From positions 100,814,001 through 100,878,000 of the forward strand of contig NC_086097.1 in assembly GCF_963921235.1 (NCBI RefSeq): DNA of 64,000 nt, read 5' to 3'. Source of the DNA: Mobula hypostoma. Lineage: Eukaryota. Positions 23,561 through 37,506 of the stretch are shown in pieces (the stretch's first letter is position 1; each line of letters starts with the position of its first letter). A program made the translations under genes and the position numbers. Below the pieces are notes generated by a model, which was not told the origin of the DNA, did not search any database, and was given only the letters and a program-made list of their open reading frames with translations.

Positions 23561-24533
23561 TAGATGGCAAACATCTTTGCCTCTGTAATCTGTATATGGT
23601 CCATTACCTCAGTGCTGTTTTGCCTTACTTCTATAGACTTTATCCATCTCCCGAGTAAATACAGATGCAAAAATATCCAACTAACATCTCTTTAGGCTTT
23701 GTGCATTTACGACCACTCTGATCTTCAAGAGGACCAATTTTGTCCCTTCCTATCCTTTTGCTCTTAATATATCTGTAAATGCCCTTAGAATCGCCTTCAC
23801 CTTGTCTGCTAGAGCAACTCCATTCCTTCTTTTAGCCCTCCTGATTTCCTTCCTAAGTGCTTGCTTGCATTTCTTATACACCTCAAGTATCTCATTTGTT
23901 CCTGCCTGCCTATACTTGCTATGCACCTCCTTCTTCTTAATCATATCTCTCAAAAAAAAGCCTCCCTCAACCTATTACCCTTGCCTTTTACACTGACAGG
24001 AATATACAAACTCTATACTCACAAAATGTCACCTTTGAAGACCTCCCACTTACCAAGTACAGCTTTGCCAGAAAACAACCTGTCCCAATCTACTCCTACC
24101 AGATCCTTTCTAATACCATCAAAATTGGCCTTTCTCCAATTTAGGATCTTCACCTGAAGACCAGACATACATTTCTTCACAATTATCTTGAAACTAAAGG
24201 CATTATGATCACTAGATGCAAAGCGTTCCCTTACACAAACTTCTGTCACCTGCCCTGTCTCATTCCCTTATAGGAGATATAGTATCTCACTCGCCTTTTT
24301 TAGGATCTCTATGTATTGATTAAGGTAACTTTCTTGAATATGTCTTTTTACAGTGTGGGAATCTCAATCAATATGTGGCAAATTAAAATCACCTACTATC
24401 ACAACCTTATGTTTCTTGCAACTGGATCAGAATCAGATATAATATCATTGGTATACAGTATGTTCTAAAATTTGTTAACTTCACAGCAACAGTAGAATGA
24501 AATACATGATAAATAAATACAGAGAAAAATGAG

Positions 24534-24729
24534 GAAGAGGTACAGTCGACGTTTCAGGCCGAGACCCTTCATCAGGACTACATTGGTTTGTAGTCCTGAC
24601 GAAGGGTCTCGGCCTGAAACATCGACTGTACCTCTTCCTAGAGATGCTGCCTGGCCTGCTGTGTTCACCAGCAACTTTGATGTGTGTTGCTTGAATTTCC
24701 AGCATCTGCAGAATTCCTTGTGTTTGCAT
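24534..24729. mobile_element. Penelope-like terminus with inverted hammerhead-containing segment
   Basis: Arms 24532-24582 and 24589-24639; 13-bp TSD AGAGAAAAATGAG (24521-24533, 24730-24742). Confidence 0.85.
24543..24580 (-). ncRNA. Minimal type I hammerhead ribozyme motif on the host-gene sense strand
   Basis: Minus strand TAGTC-CTGATGA-A-GGGT(CTCG)GCCT-GAAA-C-GTC-GACTG; stem II closes with G-U. Confidence 0.65.
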
Positions 24730-24756
24730 AGAGAAAAATGAGTTACATTAAGTGTG

Positions 24757-24758
<2 letters not shown>

Positions 24759-24802
<44 letters not shown>

Positions 24803-24819
24803 CACATATATATATATAT
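24759..24819. repeat. (TG)n(TA)n microsatellite
   Basis: Direct inspection. Confidence 0.95.
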
Positions 24820-27800
24820 TTAATGACTATTAAATAGTTAAGTTAAAATAGGTTAGTGCAAAATAACAAATAAAGAAAATAGTGAGGTAGTGTTCATGGG
24901 TTCAATGTCCATTTAGAAATCAGATGGCAGGGTGGAACAAACTGTTCCTGAATCACTGATGTACTCCTTCCCAACGGTAACAGTGTGAAGAGGGCTCGAC
25001 CTGGGTTGTTGGAATCTTAATGATGGACGCCACCTTCCTAAGACACCTTGCCTTAAAGATGTCTTGGATACTACGGAGGCTGATACCCATGATAGAGCTG
25101 ACTAATTTTACAGGGTCCTGGAACCTATTTCAATCTTCTGCAGTAGTCCCCCACCCCACCTCCCCACCAGACGATGATGCAGCCAGTCAGAATGTTCTCC
25201 ATGGTACATTTGTAGAAGTTTCCAAGTGTTTTAGTTGACAAACCATAGCTCCTTAAACTCCTAATGAAATATAGCCGCTGTCTTGCCTTTTTTTTATAGC
25301 TGCATCAGGTTAGGCCCTTAGAGATATTGACACCTAGGAACTTGAAATTGCTCACTCTCTCCACTTCTGATCCCTGTATGAGGATTGGTTTATGTTTCCT
25401 CGTCTTACCCTTGCTGAAATTCATAATCAGCTCTTTGAGCTTGCTGACGCTGAGTGCAAGGTTGATGTTGTGACACCACTCAACTAATTGATATACCTCA
25501 TTCCTGCACGCCCTTTTGTCACCATCTGAAATTCTGCAAACAATGGCTGGTCTTCATGATGTTGGGCTTTGCTTTGCAGGAATAATGGCCTGCAAACCCT
25601 GCCAGAATTGACATGCATCCAATGTCATCCCTATTCTCTCCTGGAACTGTGTCTTGGTTCTTGAAATAGCCCTCCATGAGTCATATGTGGTTTTCTTTAC
25701 AGACCTCGATCTGCAGACTTAAATGCCACAGATCTAGCCCTTATCAAGCTGGAAGTTCCTGGTTCATCCATGTCTTTTGGTTTGGGAATGTACAGCAAGT
25801 TTTCATAGGCACACACTCATTCACATAGGCTTTAATGAAGTCCGTGACAACTGTGGCATACTCATCCAGATTCCAAGATGACTCCCTGAACATAATCCAG
25901 TCCACTGATTCAAAGCAGTCCTGTAGACGCTCCTGTGCTTCCCTTGTCCATACATTCTTGGTCCTCACTACCAGTGCTGCAGTCTTCAGTCTCTGCCTAT
26001 ACTCAGGGAGCAGAAGTACAGCCAGGTGATCAGACTTTCCAAGGTGTGGACGTGGGATAGCACAGTAGGCACTCTTGATCTTAGTGTAATAGTGGTTCAA
26101 TGTGTTACCTCCTCTGGTACTACAGGTGAATTGTTGGTAATAATTATTAGTGACCTTATCAAGCTGGCCTAGTTAATGATGGGGAATACATCAGGGTGTG
26201 CTGTTTCATTCCTCTTGGTTACATCGCTCAGTTCATCTAAAGCCTGTTTGACATTACCCTGAGGTGGAATATACACCACTAGCAAAAAAATCGGTGAAAT
26301 CTCCCGTGGCAGGTAAAATAGCCAGCACTTAATTGAGGTATTCCAGGTCTGGTGAGCAATATTGGGACGTCACCAACACATTAATACACCACGAGGAGTT
26401 GATTGTGAGATACATCTCCACCGCTGCTTTTGAGAGACTTGACCGACCTGTCTTGTCTGTGTATTGTGAACTCGTCTATTTGAATCACTGTGTCCGGCAT
26501 GGAAGGGGTTAACCTAGATTTCAGAAAACAGAGGACACAAGCATTCCTAACGTCCATCTGATACAACACCCCAGCTCTGAGATCGTCAATTTTATTTACC
26601 AGAGACTATTCGTTTGCCAGCAAGGCATTGGGAGTTGAAAACCTCGTTTTTCCCAAGTGCACCGTCAGACCAGCACATCAACCCCTCTTTCACCAGTGGC
26701 TTCTTAAAGGGGCAAATTGGCTCCTCTGAATCCCACTGATAATTGGGTGGTCTATGTATAATCCCATTAATTTGGTCATCCTTTTCTTATTTCTCAGTTC
26801 CACCCATATAGAATCAGTAAATAAGATCTCCAGCCTATGCTGAGTACAGCCGTGGCATTTTCTTGACTAGTAATGCCATACACCCCCTTTTTAATCCCTC
26901 TCCCTCTATCACATCTAAAATTTATGATATGCACCAGCTGCTCCCATGGCTTCACATGACCCTGACTGGGAGTGGGTGGGGGGAGCTAAGCAGGAACCAC
27001 ACCTTGCCCAAGGGTGACTTGCAGGCTAACACCTTACACCTCATTTGGTAGAGACCTATCTCCACCCTGCCACTCAGCATTCAACACATACAACTCAGAT
27101 CATTAGTCCCACCACGTTCAATCTTTCAATTCCTGACATTGTATGTATACTTAACATCTTTTCCCACAACCCCTCCACTATTTATTCTGATGCTCTGCTC
27201 CCATCCCCCTGCACCTCTAGTTTAATTCCCTCCCCACCCCCATATATCACTAGCAAATCTTCTTGCAAGGGTATTAGCCCCCTCAAGTTCAGGTGTACTC
27301 CAGGCTGTAAAGATCTCATCTTCCCTGCAAGAGAGTCCAATAATTCAGAAATCTGAAGCCCTCCCTCCTGCACCATCACCTTAGCCACATGATTTTCTCA
27401 TTTCAGGCCTCACTAGCATGTGGCATAGGTAGCAATCCTGAGATCACAATCATGGAAGTCATGTCATCTTGTCACCCATTCCACCCATTTCTTGGTACTG
27501 ACATAGACCACAGCCTCTGGGTGCTTACCCTCCCACTTAAGAATGTTGTGGATTCAATCTGAGATATCTCTAACTCTGGGACCCAGGAGACAACATTCCA
27601 TGTGGAAATTTCATTCTCGTCCACAGAATCTCCTGTTCTTCTATCCATTGAATTTCCTATCACAACAGCTCACCTCTTCTCCCTTCCCTTCTGAGCCACT
27701 GAGCCAGACAGTGCCAGAGACCTGACCTCTGTGGCTGTCCTCTGCAAGGTCATCCTTGTTAGCAGTACCTTGTTATTGAGGGGAACAAGCACAAGGGTAC

Positions 27801-29865
27801 TTTGCACTGGCTGCCTATCCCCTTTCCCTCTCCCATCAGTCAACAGTTATCAGTATCCTGCACCTTGGGTGCAACTACTTCCTTGCATGTCCTGTCTATC
27901 AATCTCTCAGCTTCCCAAATGATTGAGGGTTTATCCAGTTCCAACTCCTTAACATGGTCTGTTAGAAGCTGCAGTTGAATGCACTTTTTGCAGGTGTAGT
28001 CGTCAGGGACGCTGGAGGTCTCTCTATGTTCCCAGATCCCGAGGGGGAAGGAGGGAGGAGAGGTAAAATCTTCTTACCTTCTCGCCTAAGCCTCTTGAGC
28101 CAAAGCCTCAACTCCCCGCTCTAACACTGGCCAACTCATACATTGGCCACTATGCTCAAACCTGACTTCTTTTTATTGGCTTCTTCCAAGTAGTAAATTA
28201 ATTACAATCCAATATCTCCTCAGGAACTGTAGGGTGCAGAATGTCCCAACTGCTCCCACTCACTTCTTTTGAAATCCCTCTTTCTCTCTGGTTCTCTCAG
28301 TTATTTTTGGTTTTATCTTCTGTAGCTATCTATTCTTCTGTCTACTTACCATGTATCTAGAGAAGTTTATGCATACTCCACTCCCTTCAGTTTCCAGAGA
28401 TATAGAAAATCATAGAAGAATTCACAAGTTAAACAAATCTCGGGAGACTGATACAAAGTCTTGACCTGAAACATCAACCACCATGTTGTCTCCACAGATG
28501 CTGCCTGACTCATTGAATTCTTCCAGTAGTTGGATTTTGCTTCAGATTCCACTATGTGCAGTCTCTTGTGTCTCCATATGGGAAAAACACCTTCTTTCCA
28601 AGCCTTCCAGCCCAATACCTGAAAACCCAACAACCACCCTTTATGTTGGTGAGGGACTGTTTCCCTCTTCTGGGGAAATTAGAACTAGAAGTCATAGTCT
28701 CAGAATCAACTATCTGGTTTCGGATTTCTCCATCAAATAGTTGCAAATCTGAAATGCCCCACTTGAAGGGCTGTGAATGTTCAGTCATCAAATACATTCA
28801 AGGCAAGGTTCAATAGACTTTTGGACTCTAAAGGGATCGAGTGAGTGAGAAAGTAGATTTGAGGTGGAGCATCTTATTGACAGGGTCAAGAAGCCATAAT
28901 TCACTTCTGCTCTTGCTTCGTACCTACTTACATCAGTCATTCTTCACTCTTACCCCAGTTTAAATTCACCTCTGGAATTAAACACATGCCCTGCGCCAAC
29001 CAAAACCTTTAAAACCAATTTTAAATACAAAGAGCACTAGCTATTTTCTCCCGATAATAAACAATAAACAAAGTGCTGCCTGAATCAAGACATTTTACAT
29101 ATAGCACAAAATTGATCTAATATCTGCATTAAGCTGAACTGTTGCAGGTTGTTCACACATTGAAAAAATTCTGCATATGATTTCAGGAGTGAATCAATTT
29201 AACTCCCTTTTTCCATTCATGTATCATAACCATAGATTTCTGTTCATTGACTTGGGGACTGCCAGTTTAACACATCTTCCCAAAATGGCAATTGTGGACA
29301 GTTCACAAACTACGAGATACATTTCTTCTGAATTCTGATCAATGCAATCGGCAGCATGTAACTTCCCTTTAAGAAATGTCCTTTTGAAACGTCTAAATGT
29401 ACTAGCGATTTTACGATCTCTGGAAGGATTCAGCAAACTTGGCTCAAGAATGCAGGTACAGCCATCGCTGAGGCAGACTTCAGTCCAGAATAAAGATTCG
29501 AGACTTGAGAGTGGAAAATGAACTGGTATTCAGCATCGTCTGTCTGTGTTTGACCCATTTCCTTCTCCTTGCTACTACTATCAGGGTGCAGGAGGCTTGA
29601 GTCCCATGTCGCCTGGTTTGGGATCAGTTGTTGCCCTGCAGACATCAGGATCCTGGACCAGTTTCACTTGTCTCAGTGCTGAACTGACTCTGCGGCTGTG
29701 TACTCACTTTTGGAAATTTGCAGTTCAAATTTGCATGATTTGTCCTCTTTTGCACCTTGGATGTTTCTCAGTTTTTGTTGTGTGTAGTTTTTCATGGATG
29801 CTATTGTGTTCCTTTGTTTTGTGAGTACCTGCATGAAGATGAATCTTAGGGTTGTACATGGTGTA

Positions 29866-30956
29866 TAGTGGATTCCAGTTAATTGGAACATCGGGACAAA
29901 TACATTTTGGCCCAATTAAGCAGGTGCCCCAATTAGCTGAAGTTTCATGGAAATATTTAAAAAATATATATAAAAAAAAGACAAACTACTGTTTAACTGA
30001 GTAACAAATTATATATTTAATACAATACAGAACAAATTAGAACACTACAAATATATGGGTGGTTGTCCATCATATGATGAATAGGAAACCTGTGCAGAAG
30101 AATTTTTAAAGAGTAAAAGCCCTGCACTGGGGCTCTCTCTCTCGACCTCAAAAGTCCAGGTCCAGTGGTACAAGTAGTCATCACAACTGGGGTCTTCCTT
30201 GGTTGTAGTGGATGATCATGACTTCTACTGTGCCTTGTCCTGCCCTACACTCTCCACAGAGCAATGCAGAACCGCCTTTCTGGCCGTTGGATCTCACTTT
30301 AGATGTCATCCGCCCAGTCTACCAGAGCTGACTTCACTTGCTTGGACAGGCATGTCTCTATTTCATAGGGGTACGAGACCCATCGGCTACCCTCACCTCG
30401 TGTAACCCGCCTGTAGAAGTGGTGTACCACAGTGTGGCGGCTGATGTATGCAAACAGCTACTTGGAGCCACAGGTGAGAGCTGAATGTCCGGTGGGGACC
30501 AAGGGTGACATTCAAGATGATTCAAATTCTTTGTAGATCCTAACTCGTTGAAGTAGTGAAATCATTTCATTTTCACACCCAGCTGTTTCAGGCATTTTCA
30601 AGCCTGAATGCTTGAAACTGTAGTGAGAGAAACTGTTATGAATTGCTTTATTGCCATTTCTCATCAACTAGCAATAACCAAAATCACTGCGTTTTCAACA
30701 CAAACACACACAATTGATGCTATTTAAAAACTGTTCACTCCAAGCACGGTGTAGTGTCTATTGGCCACAGAAGTGCACATGACTAATACTAATTAGAAAC
30801 TGCAACTGTTTCCTGTCCCAATTAAGCAGCAGAGTGTCCCAAATAAGTGAAGGGAATCCCAGTCACTTTCTTGCTTAGTTGTTTTGTACTTTAAGAGTTT
30901 TCCCAAATAAACAACTGTCCCAATTAATGAATGACCCAATTAATTGTAATGCACTG
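29866..30956. mobile_element. pogo/Tigger-like non-autonomous DNA transposon
   Basis: Imperfect TIRs TAGTGGATTCCAGTTAATTGG...CCAATTAATTGTAATGCACTG, TA on both sides, subterminal CCCAATTA repeats; splits a Rex-type tail (GGTGTA|CATACTTGGATAAAA). Confidence 0.75.
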
Positions 30957-31126
30957 TACATACTTGGATAAAAATTTTGACTTTTGAAATTATGGTGGAA
31001 AACATCAGTAATAACAAGGTAAAAATTTAATTTTATTACAACTGCTGTACTATCCAAGTAATTATATTTAGATAAATACAAAATGATATCTTCCTAAGTA
31101 CTGTAGAGGGGAGGAAATACACCTAC

Positions 31127-31311
31127 ATGTCCTCAGTTTTGTTTGCATCCCATGCCCTTTTCCATTCTCCTTTGGAATTCTTGTGACGTGCCAACCTTTC
31201 CTGATCAATCTGTTCTCGCTCCTTCTTCCAGCGGATGTACTCTGCTCTCTCCCGCCCCGTCATCAACATGGTCATATCCACGGTGCCTTTCTGTGCTGGA
31301 ATCCCACCCTC
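31127..31311 (-). CDS. CCDC9B: CCDC9-family internal exon, 185 nt (EGGIPAQKGTVDMTMLMTGRERAEYIRWKKEREQIDQERLARHKNSKGEWKRAWDANKTED)
   Basis: Conserved CCDC9/CCDC9B motif MTGRER.EY.RWK.ERE.ID..RL.RH....G.W.R.WD; tttttctgtttgcttcag| acceptor and AT|gtaggt donor; paralog uncertain. Confidence 0.92.
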
Positions 31312-31974
31312 CTGAAGCAAACAGAAAAAGTACTGTATTAAATGAACAACATTTTCATTAAAGTTATACTGCATAATTAGTCAAGATCAATATGTCTCCT
31401 TATCAATTCCAACCACCTGTATTGGACAAATAACACTAACTATTTGCCACCATCATTTGGGCCAATTACAAAGGAATGGATTTAACACTGTAAGCTATCA
31501 TCTAGCTTATCATTCGCAGTATCTGCTTCAAAGAGGTTTGATGGTTGTCCAGAATTCTTTACATTCATACATTGAACACAAGGGCCACTTTTACTTCTCA
31601 ACCATATCATGTAAACTGTCAATTCCCTTCTTTAATCACTGCAATCCTTGTGGTGCAGAAGGGATTTTTCCAGATGCTCACAAGGAAGATTTTATTCAGG
31701 GGTCTGGGCAAGTTGCATCATTGTCAATGCATAGGTCAATATACATAATACAGTTTATTTCCTATTCTGGTTTGCTGTAGCATTTCTGACTAATTTGAGT
31801 GGATTTCTGGGCTATGTTATGGGCAGTCAAGGAACAACAAATTTGCTGTGGACTGGAATTATTATATTAGATTGCCATTACTGATACCAATTATCATTTC
31901 AGATTATTTAACTGAATTTATATTTCCCAGTAGTCCCATTGGGATTTGAATCCATACTTCGAAATCAGATATCC

Positions 31975-34900
31975 AGATGGCAGGATGTATGTTGCCTCCT
32001 AGTTTCCAAGGTCAAGAGTATCTCCAAGAAAGTGCAAAGAGGGTAACCAGCCAAAGGTTGTTGGTACAAATGACAGAGGCAGAACAAGGGACAATTTTCC
32101 TGGTATTCAGTGAACCATCTAGAATGCTAAGGGCCTGGGTTGGATGGGATGCAATTGATGAACTGTGTCTAGGAAAGTTCCTGAGTCAATATATAGGGAG
32201 GTCTTCCAGGAAGAGTGCAATACAGGATCTCAGGGCAGGAGGCACAGTAAGTAACTGAAGTGGCAGTCAGGGAGCAATTTTGCTTGAAAAACAATTAATT
32301 ACTAATTTTAAGATAATAATGGAGAAGGATAGGTCATGTTTAAAGGTTATGGCTCTAAACTGAAGCAGGGATAATTTTGGGAGAAAAAGACAGGATCTAG
32401 CAGAGGTCAATTGGATGAGCCTCTTTAAAAGGAAAGGAACAACTGGCAAGTGGAAGGCTTTCAAGAGTGTGACAAGTACCCAAGAGCAGTGTGCTCCTGT
32501 TAGGGTGAAGGGTAAGCCTGGTAAGTTTTGGGAACCTTGACTGACAACAGATATTGAGGTTCTGATCAAGAGGAAGGAAGCATACATAGGGTTCAGAAGG
32601 TCAGAACTGAGCAAATCCCTTGATGACTAAAAAATGATAATACACTTAAGAAAGAAGTAAGCAAGGCATAGAGAGGGTATGAGATGGATCTGGCAGGTAA
32701 GTTTAATAACTCAAAGTACATTTATTATCAAAGTATGTATGCAGTATACAATTCTGAGATTCGTCTTCCCACAGACAGCCATGAAACTAAGAAAAACAAT
32801 GGATTCTGTTCAAAGAAAACATTAACCCTCCCATGCACAAAAGAAAAACAAATCGTGCAAATAGCAACAAAAAAAATCGAAAAACACAGAATATAAAACA
32901 CAAAGTCAAAAGAATCCAGCATTGCTGCCCCAATTCAAAATTGCCCAAAATAGCAACAAATACAGGAACGAAATCAGAAACCGATCATAATGTGAACACA
33001 GAGTCCAATCCACACACCGTGTTGATTAATCTTTGCTCCAGCACCATTTTCTGAGAGCATCGACAGAGAAATCGATCATTCGAATACAGGGACCTTCCTT
33101 TGGGAGCAACGAGTGAGATGGAGAGAGAAACTGTCACACACAGACATCTTTCTCTGGCAGCAGCAAGTGAGAGACTGGAAGATGGTGCAGAATGCCCACT
33201 CACTTTCTGCAATTGCCTCAATGATTTCAATCTTCCTAGGTGCCATATTCAGCAAGATATGGAGTTGATCACGGGCTCATGCCCCATCCCCAGGCTTCTT
33301 GGCCTTGATGCCGCATGCTTCACTCGATGTCTCACGGAACTCTCTCGGAGACACCAGATTGCTCATCAGCCTGAAAACACTCCACCAAGTAACAGAACCA
33401 CATTTGAAAGTAAAAGAAAATGTAAAATATGTGAAAGAAGTAGCTTAGTGGAGGATGTCACATTGTTCACTGACGCCATCTTCTTCAGGCAGGTTAAAGA
33501 AAGTCCCATGGCTATATTAAGAGTAAACTGGTGGCTAGGGAAAGAGTAGTACCCCTTGTATCTTGAGCTGCAGGAGACAGGTGAGATTGTTAACAAATAT
33601 TTCTTCTTGACGTTTACTGAGGACGAAAGGAAAACAAGTGAAGAGGTTTAGGAGGTCATTCACATTACCAAGGAGGAGGTATTTGTAGCCTTACAATACA
33701 TTATGTTGGATTAATCCCCAGGGTCTGACTGAGCACACCCCTGGATTTTGTGGGAGGCTACAGAGGAGATTGCAGAGTCCCTTGTGGAGATATTTACTTC
33801 ATCATTAGTCATTGGTGAAGTTCCTGAAGTTGTTCCATTGTTTACAAAGGCTAGCAAGGACAAGCCAAGAAGCTACAGACTGATCACTGACATCAGTAGT
33901 GGGGAAGTTACTGGACAGAATTCTGAGGAACTGTAGCTACCAGCATTAGGATAGACAGAGTCTGTTCAGGAGGAATTAGCATGGCTTTGTGAGTGGGAAG
34001 TTATGCTTGACAAGCCTTTTGAAAAAGTAACCAAAAATATAGATGAAGGTAGGACAGTGGATATGGTCTATTTGAACTTTAGCAAGACTTTCCACAAGGT
34101 CCTTCACAGTAGACTGATCAGGAAGGTTAGTTCCCATGGATCCAGACAGAGCTAGTTAGGTGGATTCAAAATTGGCTTTGAAGTATGAAGCAGAACATGA
34201 TAGCTAAAGACAGTTTCTTGGAATGGAGACCGGTGACCGGCAGTGTGCTACAAGGGTCTGTATGGGCACTTATTATTCATTATTTATATAAATGATTTGG
34301 ATGCAAATGCAGAAGGCTTGATCATTAAGTTTGTGTTTGACACATAATTAGGAGATATTGTTGATAATGAAGTAGGTTATTGTAGATTAGACTGGGATCT
34401 TAATCATTTAGGAAAGTGAGCTGGAGTGTAGCAAATGATTTTCAATACAGGTAAACGTGAGGTGAGACAACTTGGAAAGATTAAGTCAGCGTGGACTTGT
34501 ACTGTGAATGGGATGGCACTAGACAGTATAATGGAACAGAGGGATCTAGGAGTACAAGTGCCTAGATTGCTGAAAGCAGCGTCACATGGTAGTGAAAAAG
34601 TTGTTTTGCTTCAGTCAAGGCACTGAGGATATAACAGGACATAATGTTGCATAAGTTGTTAGTGAGGCCACACTTCGTGTACAACGTTATTGGAAAGATG
34701 AGGTTAAATTAGAAAGAGTGCAGAAAAGATATATGAGGATATTGCCAAGATGAGAGGGCCTGAGTTATAGGGAGAAGCTGGCCAGGCTAGATCTTTAGTC
34801 CTTGGAATGTAGAAGAATGAGGGGTGAGCTTATCAAAACACATAAAACTATGAGATGCATAGATACAGTAGCCAGTAACAGTCATTTTCCCAGGATAGGG

Positions 34901-35130
34901 GAGCCCAAAACTAGAGGTAATAGATTTGGGGTCAAAACCTAAAGATTTAAAAAAGACCTGATGTGCAACTTTAACATGCAAAGGGTCGTAGAAGCAGGGG
35001 CAACAGTATTACTTAAGAAGCTTTGGATAAGTACATGAAGGAGTGGAGTTTAGAGGAACATGGACCAAATGCAGGAAATCAGGACAAGTTAAATGACCAT
35101 CGTGGTTGGCAAGGACTAGTCGGGCCAAAA
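31975..35130 (+). mobile_element. Old CR1, heavily decayed, interrupted at about 32710-33486
   Basis: WEATEEIAESLVEIF, VVPLF.K, YL.FSK.F.KVL, QRDLGVQV remnants in CR1 order. Confidence 0.8.
32710..33486 (-). mobile_element. Non-coding Rex-tail element (AAGATGGCGTC head)
   Basis: Same head and CATACTTTGATAATAAATGTACTTTG end as 14097-18290. Confidence 0.65.
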
Positions 35131-37506
35131 AAATCTAAGGGTAGCTGATCAATTGTTGGATTATGGGAGAAACAGATGATGACCTAAAGACTACTATTCC
35201 GTATTTCAGAATCCAAAATGTTCACATTAATAAATCTGTAAGGATAAAGAAATGTGCAAATGCTGATGAGCAAATGATAGAGATTGAGTTAAAAGGTAAC
35301 CATAAATGCTATACTGCAATGACTTATTTTAAAATAATATTTACTTGGTGCTGGTGGCTATCCAAAAAAATACAAATGGAACCAAATTCGCATGAGACCA
35401 AGCATGTAGCTTGAAGTGGTCAGACCTATTAACTACTTTGGAGGCAGGACCAGAATTCTGCAGAGCTATTCTTACATTCTGATATGAAACAAAAGCTGGA
35501 AGCATTGTTTAAAGTGAAGCTATGGAACAGACAACTTCCTGGCAGTCGTACTGGGGACCTGCACTTCGGAACCAAGCCAATTCCAGTTTAGTTCCAACAC
35601 TGGTATCTACACACCAAAATGGAAAATTGTACAGCTACTAAGTTCAGAAAAAGAGGAACAATATAAACCAGGTAATCACACTCCAGTTGGTATACTCTCA
35701 ATCATGTGCAAAGTGACAGAGAGTGCCACTAACGGTATTATCAAGAGACACTTACTGCTACTAACATACCCACCAAAGCCCATTTTGGAATTCATTAGGA
35801 TCACAAGGCTGCAGATCTGATCACAGCCTTGGTCTGACCATGTTCTTGCCCAGGGTCTAGTGCCTCCTTCTGAGGTTGACAAAGGCACAGGAAGCCAAGT
35901 GATATGATACTGGTCTACTCAAAAAGGGAAGCGTATTTCAGAAATGCTGAGAAACTCAGTCCAAGAAAATGTAACCTTTAAAGTGTCAAAGCCTTTTACA
36001 GATCAAGGTAAAAATTAATTCACACAACTCCAAAACCAAAATGGTTTTGATGTTTCACAGTGGAGCAATTTTACACAGCTTCCCAGGTCCACAAGTGTCT
36101 ATTTGGGAATATGTCTTCTTATTCTTTGCAACATTTACATTTTTTCACCATTATCAATATCAACAGGAGTAGAATATTCATCTGCAGAGAAATTTTCAAG
36201 TAAAACAATTGCACTTACGTATTCATCAAGTAACCAACATCTACTTTGCCCATTTCCCCTGAATGATGCTACTTAAAGAGCCAGTATTCAAACTGCCCAT
36301 CTATTCCAACTGTGATTCTTGACCTTAAATGCAACGTGCAAATGTGCCTTCACTGCTTCACTCACAGAAGTAATTCTCAGTTTCTTATCCTCACATCATG
36401 CCAGACTACAATTGACCTGTGTCACATCTCATGATCATCTGCTCACTGCTGTATCAGGCAGGACACTCAAACTCCAGTATTTCCTCAGTCCACTGGAGTT
36501 GGCCATATGCACACAGGCATTTTTCTCTACTGTGAAAACATCTGCAGACTGGACTCTTGTCATTACAGAAACCTCCTCGAAAACATCTTACCTAGCTGGA
36601 ACTGTGGTGGCTTCCAAGGTCTTCTTGCACAGAGAACATGTACCTGCATGCCTCCCTGGGAGTACTCCTGCACACACCTACAAATCATTTACTTAGTTCA
36701 TAGATGCTTGCTGCAGACCTTAAAGGAATTTATCAAATATGTGGCATAAACATCCCAAATTCATATGGACATTAAGCACCCAACAGCTGTGCAGCCATAA
36801 TGTTTGATGAGTGCACAAATGAAAGCACAATCTTTTTGAAGAAATTGCTCTGACTTTACTAAGGATGGTAGCAGTAGTGCATTTTATCTGCTTTAAGAAA
36901 CACAATTACTGAATAAATTGACTTTGTCAAGTGGTATATATCCTATCTCAGCACAATTCAACTGCAATACTGGCATTAAATGTTCGGGGAGATAAAAGGA
37001 CTATTACCTATGTTCTGGCAATGTCTATTTGGACAGAAGGTTGGGTAGAGCGAGATAAAAGTAGTTTGACCTGTACCAACCTACAGAACATAGGAGGCTC
37101 TGCCTCAAGGTGGCAACATCCATCAAAGATCCCGCCATTTGGGCCATGCCATCTTCTTGCACCTGTCAGCAGGCAGGAGGTACCGAAGTCTCACAACACC
37201 AGGTACAAAAACAGCTACTCCCCTTCAACCATTCAGCTTTTGAAGAAACCTGCACAACCCTAAACATTACAGTTCAGTAACACTATTACAGCCTTGATCA
37301 CTTTGCACTAAAACTGACTTTCTTCCCACAAACTATGGACTCACTTTCAAGGACTCTTCATCTCATGTTGTTGATATCTTTTGCTTATTTCTTTAGTAGT
37401 ATTAATTCATTTTTTTCTTTCTTTTCACATTTGCAGTTTGTTTTATTTTGCACTCTGGTTATCTGCCTGTTGGTGCGCTCTTTCACTGATTGATTCCTTT
37501 ATGGTT

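Larger units (their letters stand above)
24424..26700 (-). mobile_element. Rex1/Babar-type LINE with endonuclease, RT core deleted, (TCTGAT)n tail
   Basis: PHLGKSDH, LQDCFESVDW, FPNQKTWMN; jumps to the C-terminal region near 25550. Confidence 0.75.
23575..28020 (-). mobile_element. Old CR1 (ORF1 to mid ORF2), interrupted at about 24424-26770
   Basis: SDHN..FKI, LNWRKANFDGIR, KEIRRAKRR on the left; ORF1 esterase remnants (MIGNSM, GVHLNLRG) on the right. Confidence 0.75.

Noticed and set aside
32692..33494. GGCAGGT as a target-site duplication of the 32.7-33.5 kb element
   Set aside because: Boundaries ambiguous and the flanks can be explained by the interrupted CR1 sequence
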